Positions 10,232 to 19,415 of a stretch of DNA of 64,000 nt are shown one piece after another. The notes beneath the pieces are model-generated. The model did not search any database and was not told the origin of the DNA. It saw nothing but the letters and a program-made list of their open reading frames with translations. A program made the position numbers and the translations under genes. Positions within the stretch are counted from its first letter, which is position 1. Every line of letters starts with the position of its first letter. Origin of the DNA: Nemertoderma westbladi (taxonomy: Eukaryota; Animalia; Xenacoelomorpha); NCBI GenBank assembly GCA_032718475.1, contig JAUCBJ010003790.1, forward strand, positions 108,028 to 172,027. Reading direction: 5' to 3'.

Positions 10232-12088
10232 TTAGCACACAAAAACTCCACAATCAATACTGTTTCTTTGTTTCGCGAATTTCCTTGTCGAGACAGCTGA
10301 AAACCAAATTTTTTTGTGTCTTTCTTCCGTTTCAGGAGACAGTTCATCAATTAATGCCAACAGTTTGCAGATTTCCTCAGTAGTGGCTGTAGGTACATTT
10401 ATATTTAGTGAATCAATACATTCAACTTGCCTGGTCAGGGTATCAGCTATATGAAGTATAAAATGATTGCTCTGACATTCCGGGAAGAAAATATATCTTG
10501 GTTGAAGACCATCAGTATTAAATTTTCCATAATAAGCCTTTGCAATATACTTCACAGCACTTAAATTATCGTAGACTCGTGTCCCTTCAACCCAGTCCAA
10601 AGATTGTAATTTAGTTGTAAGACAGCAACTAACGTAGGAAGTGTGAGGAATGTTTCGTTCAACTAAACTTAGAAACCCCTCAAGTATGGAGTCAGTTAGC
10701 CAATCTCGGGTGTTAAGGAGATTTAAATCTGCAACTGATTGAAGAACAAGTCCCCTAGTACCAGGCTTAGCATCAGAACAACATTGCAAATAATCCTTAA
10801 TTGCCTTTGAGTTGTCATGTCGAAAATTTGATTGACTACAGGGATAGACTTCTACGTGACAGGCTTGATTGAAATTCTTTGATCCCTCTACCAAGGCAGT
10901 TTCATGTTTCTCTTGATTTCCGGGACACTTACCAGCATAATGCGATGGCTGAAATGGAGCCACACCTGGGTCTAGTTGGTGTTGGTTTGATTTGTTTGCG
11001 CTCAAATTGGAAATCTCATACGAAATCTGATCCAGTGAACCAGAGACCAGCTCCCCATCCGGCTCCACCACAGCCCGATCCAATCCCAGATTTGTCGACC
11101 CAGAAGGTGAACCCTCGACCGGAGGAGAAGGAGGGTTGGATCCCGGAGATGGCGACCCGGAAGGTGAACTCTCAACTGGAGGAGATGGAGAAGGAGGGTT
11201 GGATCCCGGAGACGGCGACCCGGAAGGTGAACCCTCGACTGGAGGAGAAGCAGGGTTGGATCGCGGAGATGGCGACCCGGAAACGGAACCCTCGACTGGA
11301 GGAGAATGAGGGTTGGATCCCGGAGACGGCGACCCAGAAGGTGAACCCTCAACTGGAGGAGAAGGAGGGTTGGATCCCGGAGATGGCGACCCGGAAGGTG
11401 AACCCTCGACTGGAGGAGAAGGAGGGTTGAATCCCGGAGATGGCGACCCAGAAGGTGAACCCTCGACTGGAGGAGATGGAGAAGGAGGGTTGGATCCCGG
11501 AGATGGCGACCCGGAAGCTGAACCCTCGACTGGAGGAGAAGGAGAATTGGATCCCGGAGATGGCGACCCGGAAGGTGAGCCCTCGACCGGAGGAGAAGGA
11601 GGGTTGGATCCCGGAGATGGCGACCCGGAAGCTGAACCCTCGACTGGAGGAGGAGGGTTGGATACCGGAGTCGGCGACCCGCAAGGTACCGGTATCTTCC
11701 TTAATCTCCAAGATCCGTCGTCTGCCAGATCCTCTATCTTATAGGGGTCAGCGGAGTGATCCTTCTTTACAGTTAACTGGGGAACACTTTCTGTGTTCTT
11801 GGGATCTCCGGGTTTACCCAATACTGGTAGTCCTACCTTGTGGTTGTACACAGCCGATTTCCTCCTAAGGCCATCTGGTACCGTAACCGGTTGGCCTACC
11901 GATAACGATTGTCTCCGCTTTAAATCCGCCGATTTACTTGAGGTAACAGAGCTGTTTGCTTTTTTACCGGAGTTAGAGCAGAGGCCGCGTTTATTTGGCG
12001 CACAGTTTGTACATTTCCTTTGGTCGTTAACGCAGCTACATTTATTGCAACGTCCCCTTGTAGCGGAACAGACGCAGCAAGGTGCCAT
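10232..12088 (-). CDS. LINE ORF1, N-terminal part: Cys-rich (CXC-like) domain, Pro/Ser repeats, Ulp1/SENP-like C48 cysteine protease
   Basis: CCVC...CNKCSC...CTNC...CSN at the N-terminus. WLTDSIL, NHFIL (His), IDSL (Asp) and QRNSIDCGVFV (Gln, Cys) appear in Ulp1 order. Ends at a TAA that is in frame with the next ORF. Confidence 0.8.
   Translation of the reverse strand: MAPCCVCSATRGRCNKCSCVNDQRKCTNCAPNKRGLCSNSGKKANSSVTSSKSADLKRRQSLSVGQPVTVPDGLRRKSAVYNHKVGLPVLGKPGDPKNTESVPQLTVKKDHSADPYKIEDLADDGSWRLRKIPVPCGSPTPVSNPPPPVEGSASGSPSPGSNPPSPPVEGSPSGSPSPGSNSPSPPVEGSASGSPSPGSNPPSPSPPVEGSPSGSPSPGFNPPSPPVEGSPSGSPSPGSNPPSPPVEGSPSGSPSPGSNPHSPPVEGSVSGSPSPRSNPASPPVEGSPSGSPSPGSNPPSPSPPVESSPSGSPSPGSNPPSPPVEGSPSGSTNLGLDRAVVEPDGELVSGSLDQISYEISNLSANKSNQHQLDPGVAPFQPSHYAGKCPGNQEKHETALVEGSKNFNQACHVEVYPCSQSNFRHDNSKAIKDYLQCCSDAKPGTRGLVLQSVADLNLLNTRDWLTDSILEGFLSLVERNIPHTSYVSCCLTTKLQSLDWVEGTRVYDNLSAVKYIAKAYYGKFNTDGLQPRYIFFPECQSNHFILHIADTLTRQVECIDSLNINVPTATTEEICKLLALIDELSPETEERHKKIWFSAVSTRKFAKQRNSIDCGVFVC
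11098..11680 (-). repeat. Coding minisatellite within ORF1 (60/66-bp units)
   Basis: About 9-10 copies of PPVEGSPSGSPSPGSNPPS(PS); all length variants keep the frame. Confidence 0.93.
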
Positions 12089-12202
12089 AATAATCTCACG
12101 ATATTGATAGGTTATAATATTTCAGCAGTATTAGTGCACAGACTTACCGTTACTCAATGTGTACGGGCACTTGTACTTGTTAAAATGGTACCGGATGGTA
12201 CC

Positions 12203-14675
12203 AGATGGTACCGCAGTACCCCCTATTAATGGGAGATGGAACCCCAGTACCCCCTATTAATGGGAGATGGAACCCCAGTACCCCCTATTAATGGGAGATG
12301 GTACCGCAGTACCCCCTATTAATGGGAGATGGTACCGCAGTACCCCCTATTAATGGGAGATGGTATCGCAGTACCCCCTATTAATGGGAGATGGTATCGC
12401 AGTACCCCCTATTAATGGGAGATGGTACCGCAGTACCCCCTATTAATGGGAGATGGTACCACAGTACCCCCTATTAATGGGAGACGGTACCGCGGTACCC
12501 CCTATTAATGGGAGATGGTACCACAGTACCCCCTATTAATGGGAGATGGTACCCCAGTACCACCTATTAATGGGAGATGGAACCCCAGTACCCCCTATTA
12601 ATGGGAGATGGAACCCCAGTACCCCCTATTAATGGGAGATGGTACCGCAGTACCCCCTATTAATGGGAGATGGTACCGCAGTACCCCCTATTAATGGGAG
12701 ATGGTACCCCAGTACCCCCTATTAATGGGAGATGGTACCCCAGTACCCCCTATTAATGGGAGACAGTACCGCGGTACCCCCTATTAATGGGAGATGGTAC
12801 CGCAGTACCCCCTATTAATGAGAGATGGTACCGCAGTACCCCCTATTAATGGGAGATGGTACCCCAGTACCCCCTATTAATGGGAGATGGTACCCCAGTA
12901 CCCCCTATTAATGGGAGATGGAACCCCAGTACCCCCTATTAATGGGAGATGGTACCCCAGTACCCCCTATTAATGGGAGATGGTACCGCAGTACCCCCTA
13001 TTAATGGGAGATGGAACCCCAGTACCCCCTATTAATGGGAGATGGTACCCCAGTACCACCTATTAATGGGAGATGGAACCCCAGTACCCCCTATTAATGG
13101 GAGACGGTACCGCAGTACCCCCTATTAATGGGAGATGGAACCCCAGTACCCCCTATTAATGGGAGATGGTACCGCAGTACCCCCTATTAATGGGAGATGG
13201 TACCCCAGTACCCCTATTAATGGGAGATGGTACCGCAGTACCCCCTATTAATGGGAGATGGTACCCCAGTACCCCTATTAATGGGAGATGGAACCCCAGT
13301 ACCCCCTATTAATGGGAGATGGTACCGCAGTACCCCCTATTAATGGGAGATGGTACCGCAGTACCCCCTATTAATGGGAGATGGTACCGCAGTACCCCCT
13401 ATTAATGGGAGATGGTACCCCAGTACCCCCTATTAATGGGAGATGGTACCGCAGTACCCCCTATTAATGGGAGAAGGTACCGCAGTACCCCCTATTAATG
13501 GGAGATGGTACCGCAGTACCCCCTATTAATGGGAGATGGTACCCCAGTACCCCCTATTAATGGGAGATGGTACCGCAGTACCCCCTATTAATGGGAGATG
13601 GTACCCCAGTACCCCCTATTAATGGGAGATGGTACCGCAGTACCCCCTATTAATGGGAGATGGTACCCCAGTACCCCCTATTAATGGGAGATGGTACACC
13701 AGTACCCCCTATTAATGGGAGATGGTACCGCAGTACCCCCTATTAATGGGAGATGGTACCTATTAATGGGAGATGGAACCCCAGTACCCCCTATTAATGG
13801 GAGATGGTACCGCAGTACCCCCTATTAATGGGAGATGGTACCGCAGTACCCCCTATTAATGGGAGATGGTACCGCAGTACCCCCTATTAATGGGAGATGG
13901 TACCGCAGTACCCCCTATTAATGGGAGATGGTACCGCAGTACCCCCTATAAATGGGAGATGGTACCGCAGTACCCCCTATTAATGGGAGATGGTACCGCA
14001 GTACCCCCTATTAATGGGAGATGGAACCCCAGTACCCCCTATTAATGGGAGATGGAACCCCAGTACCCCCTATTAATGGGAGATGGTACCGCAGTACCCC
14101 CTATTAATGGGAGATGGTACCGCAGTACCCCCTATTAATGGGAGATGGTATCGCAGTACCCCCTATTAATGGGAGATGGTATCGCAGTACCCCCTATTAA
14201 TGGGAGATGGTACCGCAGTACCCCCTATTAATGGGAGATGGTACCACAGTACCCCCTATTAATGGGAGACGGTACCGCGGTACCCCCTATTAATGGGAGA
14301 TGGTACCACAGTACCCCCTATTAATGGGAGATGGTACCCCAGTACCACCTATTAATGGGAGATGGAACCCCAGTACCCCCTATTAATGGGAGATGGAACC
14401 CCAGTACCACCTATTAATGGGAGATGGAACCCCAGTACCCCCTATTAATGGGAGATGGTACCGCAGTACCCCCTATTAATGGGAGATGGTACCGCAGTAC
14501 CCCCTATTAATGGGAGATGGTACCCCAGTACCCCCTATTAATGGGAGATGGTACCCCAGTACCCCCTATTAATGGGAGACAGTACCGCGGTACCCCCTAT
14601 TAATGGGAGATGGTACCGCAGTACCCCCTATTAATGAGAGATGGTACCGCAGTACCCCCTATTAATGAGAGATGG
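12203..14675. repeat. 31-bp tandem satellite, right arm (same array)
   Basis: Same unit and variant order as the left arm; stops about 30 bp from the exon-6 donor. Confidence 0.98.
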
Positions 14676-14704
14676 GAGATAAATTTACTGTTTGATTTAC
14701 TTAC

Positions 14705-14853
14705 CTGGGTAAAATTGATAGCGTTCATTGGTTGGCCGTCCTTTTCTGTAACCAAAGCTTTGCCCTGTTCTCTAAGATAAATACTAGTACAATCGGCGAT
14801 CACTTTGAGCCCTCCTTCAACTCGTACAAACAGAGCGAACATACACGCGAGGT
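14705..14853 (-). CDS. CUL3: Cullin-3, coding exon 6 (gene continues beyond the left window edge)
   Basis: ttctaacag|AC CTC...CAG|gtaagt, 149 nt. Encodes DLACMFALFVRVEGGLKVIADCTSIYLREQGKALV, matching CUL3 DLGCMYKLFSRV...YLREQGKALV. Confidence 0.92.
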
Positions 14854-16818
14854 CTGTTAGAAGGAAACAAATAGAGCGTAATACACGCGAGGTCTGTTAG
14901 AAGGAAACAAATAGAGCCGTACATACACGCGAGGTCTGTTAGAAGGAAACAAATAGAGCCGTACATACACGGGGGGTCTGTTAGAAGGAAACAAATAGAG
15001 CCGTACATACACGCGGGGTCTGTTAGAAGGAAACAAATAGAGGCGTACATACACGCGGGGTCTGTTAGAAGGAAACAAATAGAGCGTAATACACGCGAGG
15101 TCTGTTAGAAGGAAACAAATAGAGCCGTACATACACGGGGGGTCTGTTAGAAGGAAACAAATAGAGCGTAATACACGCGAGGTCTGTTAGAAGGAAACAA
15201 ATAGAGCCGTACATACACGGGGGGTCTGTTAGAAGGAAACAAATAGAGCCGTACATACACGCGGGGTCTGTTAGAAGGAAACAAATAGAGCCGTACATAC
15301 ACGCGGGGTCTGTTAGAAGGAAACAAATAGAGCGTAATACACGCGAGGTCTGTTAGAAGGAAACAAATAGAGCCGTACATACACGGGGGGTCTGTTAGAA
15401 GGAAACAAATAGAGCCGTACATACACGCGGGGTCTGTTAGAAGGAAACAAATAGAGCCGTACATACACGCGGGGTCTGTTAGAAGGAAACAAATAGAGTC
15501 GTACATACACACGGGGTCTGTTAGAAGGAAACAAACAGAGCCGTACATACACGGGGGGTCTGTTAGAAGGAAACAAATAGAGCCGTACAAACACGCGGGG
15601 TCTGTTAGAAGGAAACAAATAGAGCCGTACATACACGCGGGGTCTGTTAGAAGGAAACAAATAGAGCCGTACATACACGCGGGGTCTGTTAGAAGGAAAC
15701 AAATAGAGTCGTACATACACACGGGGTCTGTTAGAAGGAAACAAACAGAGCCGTACATACACGGGGGGTCTGTTAGAAGGAAACAAATAGAGCCGTACAT
15801 ACACGGGGGGTCTGTTAGAAGGAAACAAATAGAGCCGTACATACACGCGGGGTCTGTTAGAAGGAAACAAATAGAGCCGTACATACACGGGGGGTCTGTT
15901 AGAAGGAAACAAATAGAGCCGTACATACACGCGGGGTCTGTTAGAAGGAAACAAATAGAGCCGTACATACACGGGGGGTCTGTTAGAAGGAAACAAACAG
16001 AGCGAACATACACACGGGGTCTGTTAGAAGGAAACAAATAGAGCCGTACATACACACGGGGTCTGTTAGAAGGAAACAAATAGAGCCGTACATACACGCG
16101 GGGTCTGTTAGAAGGAAACAAATAGAGCGTAATACACGCGAGGTCTGTTAGAAGGAAACAAATAGAGCCGTACATACACGGGGGGTCTGTTAGAAGGAAA
16201 CAAATAGAGCCGTACATACACGGGGGGTCTGTTAGAAGGAAACAAATAGAGCCGTACATACACGGGGGGTCTGTTAGAAGGAAACAAACAGAGCGAACAT
16301 ACACGCGGGGTCTGTTAGAAGGAAACAAATAGAGCGTAATACACGCGAGGTCTGTTAGAAGGAAACAAATAGAGCCGTACATACACGCGGGGTCTGTTAG
16401 AAGGAAACAAATAGAGCCGTACATACACGGGGGGTCTGTTAGAAGGAAACAAATAGAGCCGTACATACACGCGGGGTCTGTTAGAAGGAAACAAATAGAG
16501 CCGTACATACACGCGGGGCCTGTTAGAAGGAAACAAATAGAGTCGTACATACACGCGGGGTCTGTTAGAAGGAAACAAATAGAGCCGTACATACACGGGG
16601 GGTCTGTTAGAAGGAAACAAATAGAGTCGTACATACACACGGGGTCTGTTAGAAGGAAACAAACAGAGCCGTACATACACGGGGGGTCTGTTAGAAGGAA
16701 ACAAACAGAGCGAACATACACGCGGGGTCTGTTAGAAGGAAACAAATAGAGCCGTACATACACGGGGGGTCTGTTAGAAGGAAACAAATAGAGCCGTACA
16801 TACACACGGGGTCTGTTA
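14826..16818 (-). repeat. 40/41/42-bp tandem array made of the CUL3 exon-6 splice acceptor plus exon start
   Basis: Minus-strand unit TTTGTTTCCTTCTAACAG|ACCCCGCGTGTATGTACGGCTCTA, about 47 copies; the last copy overlaps the real exon start. Confidence 0.95.
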
Positions 16819-16844
16819 TAACGAAAAGCTGTGTTTTTAAGGTA

Positions 16845-17447
16845 CCAAACGTCACCCACCTCGCATCCCCGTTACCCAAACGTCACCCACCTCGCATCCC
16901 CGTTACCCAAACGTCACCCACCTCGCATCCCCGTTACCCAAACGTCACCCACCTCGCATCCCCCTTACCCAAACGTCACCCACCTCGCATCCCCGTTACC
17001 CAATCGTCACCCACCTCGCATCCCCGTTACCCAAACGTCACCCACCTCGCATCCCCGTTACCCAAACGTCACCCACCTCGCATCCCCGTTACCCAAACGT
17101 CACCCACCTCGCATCCCCGTTACCCAAACGTCACCCACCTCGCATCCCCCTTACCCAAACGTCACCCACCTCGCATCCCCGTTACCCAAACGTCACCCAC
17201 CTCGCATCCCCGTTACCCAAATGTCACCCACCTCGCATCCCCCTTACCCAAACGTCACCCACCTCGCATCCCCGTTACCCAATCGTCACCCACCTCGCAT
17301 CCCCGTTACCCAAACGTCACCCACCTCGCATCCCCGTTACCCAAACGTCACCCACCTCGCATCCCCGTTACCCAAACGTCACCCACCTCGCATCCCCGTT
17401 ACCCAAACGTCACCCACCTCGCATCCCCGTTACCCAAACACCACCCA
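16845..17447. repeat. 31-bp C-rich tandem repeat (CUL3 intron 5)
   Basis: Unit CCCAAACGTCACCCACCTCGCATCCCCGTTA, about 19 copies; G-rich on the transcribed strand. Confidence 0.96.
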
Positions 17448-17492
17448 CCCCCCAACACCTACACCCAAGATGGATTAACTAAACCAACAAAC

Positions 17493-17721
17493 CTTGCGTT
17501 TTATTGTATTTCAACATATGAACGACGCCACTGTTCTCCATATCGACTATCGCCTTCATATGTTTGCTAATTAATTCATCTTCTAGAACTTTAGTAATTC
17601 TCTCCTCTGTACTTTTATCAAGGTAATGTTTCGCTCTGTCTTGCTCTTCCAGTATTCTCGCCTCCACCTTCTGGATGTAAACCGATGCGCAGTTCTCTGA
17701 TAAAAAGTTCTGACTCTCCGC
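17493..17721 (-). CDS. CUL3: Cullin-3, coding exon 5
   Basis: tgacag|GCG...CAA G|gtttgt, 229 nt, ends in phase 1. Encodes [40 protein letters not shown]...[11 protein letters not shown]. Confidence 0.93.
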
Positions 17722-17754
17722 CTGTCATAAACACACAAACAAATTACTACAATC

Positions 17755-19415
17755 CACCCTAGAATTCCCGACTCTGACTCAATAAAGGAACCATAATAGA
17801 CCCAGAATTACCTATACTGACTCAATAAAGGAACCACAATACAATTCCCGACTCTGACTCAATAAAGGAACCATAATAGACCCACCCACCTGGTAGAATT
17901 CCCTATACTGACTGATCTATTGTGGTTCCTTTATTGAGTCAGAGTCGGGAATTCTACCAGGTCTATTGTGGTTCCATTATTGAGTCAGAGTCGGGAATTC
18001 TACCAGGTGGGTGGGGGGGGGGGGGTCTATTGTGGTTCCTTCATTGAGACAGAATCGGGAATTCTACAAGGTATGTATTGTGGTTCCTTTATTGAGTCAG
18101 AGTCGGGAATTCTACCAGGTACATACATAAAATCCTGGTAGAATTCCCGACTCTGACTCAATAAAGGAACCACAATAGACCCACCCCCACCTGGTAGAAT
18201 TCCCGACTCCCTGGTAGAATTCCCGACTCTGACTCAATAAAGGAACCACAATAGATCCACTTGGTAGAATTTCAATAAAGGAACCATAATAGAACCAAAT
18301 AAAGGAACCACAATAGACCCACACCCACCTTGTAGAATTCCCGACTCTGACTCAATAAAGGAACCACAATAGACCCACCTGGTAGAATTCCCGACTCTGA
18401 CTCAATAAAGGAACCACAATAGACCCACCCACCAGGTAGAATTCCCGATTCTGACTCAATAAAGGAACCACAATAGATCCACCTGGTAGAATTCCCGACT
18501 CTGACTCACCTGGTAGAATTCCCGACTCTGACTCAATAAAGGAACCACAATAGATCCACCTGGTAGAATTCCCGACTCTGACTCAATAAAGGAACCACAA
18601 TAGACCCACCCACCAGGTAGAATTCCCGATTCTGACTCAATAAAGGAACCATAATAGACCCACCTGGTAGAATTCCCATACTGACTCAATAAAGGAACCA
18701 CAATACCCACCTGGTAGAATTCCCGACTCTGACTCAATAAAGGAACCATAATAGACCCACCTGGTAGAATTCCCATACTGACTCAATAAAGGAACCACAA
18801 TACCCACCTGGTAGAATTCTCCCGACTCTGACTCAATAAAGGAACCATAATAGACCCACCTGGTAGAATTCCCATACTGACTCAATAAAGGAACCATAAT
18901 AGACCCACCTGGTAGAATTCCCGACTCTGACTCAATAAAGGAACCATAATAGACCCACCTGGTAGAATTCCCATACTGACTCAATAAAGGAACCACAATA
19001 CCCACCTGGTAGAATTCTCCCGACTCTAGGACTCAAATAAAGGAACCATAATAGACCCACCCGGTAGAATTCCCGACTCTGACTCAATAAAGGAACCACA
19101 ATAGATCCACCTGGTAGAATTCCCGACTCTGACTCAATAAAGGAACTACAATAGACCCACCCACCTGGTAGAATTCCCGATTCTGACTCAATAAAGGAAC
19201 CACAATAGATCCACCTGGTAGAATTCCCGACTCTGACTCAATAAAGGAACCACAATAGACCTGGTAGAATTCCCGACTCTGACTCAATAAAGGAACCACA
19301 ATAGATCCACCTGGTAGAATTCCCGACTCTGACTCAATAAAGGAACCACAATAGACCCACCCACCAGGTAGAATTCCCGATTCTGACTCAATAAAGGAAC
19401 CACAATAGATCCACT
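17755..19415 (-). repeat. ~50-bp heterogeneous array related to the 27-bp donor repeat, with an internal inversion
   Basis: Unit CCACCTGGTAGAATTCCCGACTCTGACTCAATAAAGGAACCACAATAGAT. Four units at 17914-18120 are in the opposite orientation. Confidence 0.9.

Larger units (their letters stand above)
4714..12202 (-). mobile_element. Apparently full-length non-LTR retrotransposon (APE-RT type; CR1/L2-group-like ORF1 C-terminus) inserted in the satellite
   Basis: About 7.5 kb of unique sequence with satellite on both sides: short 5' leader, ORF1 (12088-8501), ORF2 (8508-5335), and a 3' UTR with AATAAA (4763-4768), a GC hairpin (4729-4742) and an AATCTAA-type tail. Confidence 0.92.

Noticed and set aside
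10879-11868. Plus-strand repetitive ORFs (GDGDPEGEPSTGG, EGWIPEMATRK)
   Set aside because: Antisense shadows of the frame-preserving ORF1 minisatellite.
10130-12088. Functional link between the LINE protease and CUL3 neddylation
   Set aside because: Some C48 proteases remove NEDD8, but sitting in a cullin intron gives no evidence of substrate; treated as coincidence.
14817-17478. Long repetitive ORFs (CMYGSICFLLTDP, YPNVTHLASP)
   Set aside because: Translations of intronic arrays that switch frame at indels. Only the last unit overlaps a real exon.
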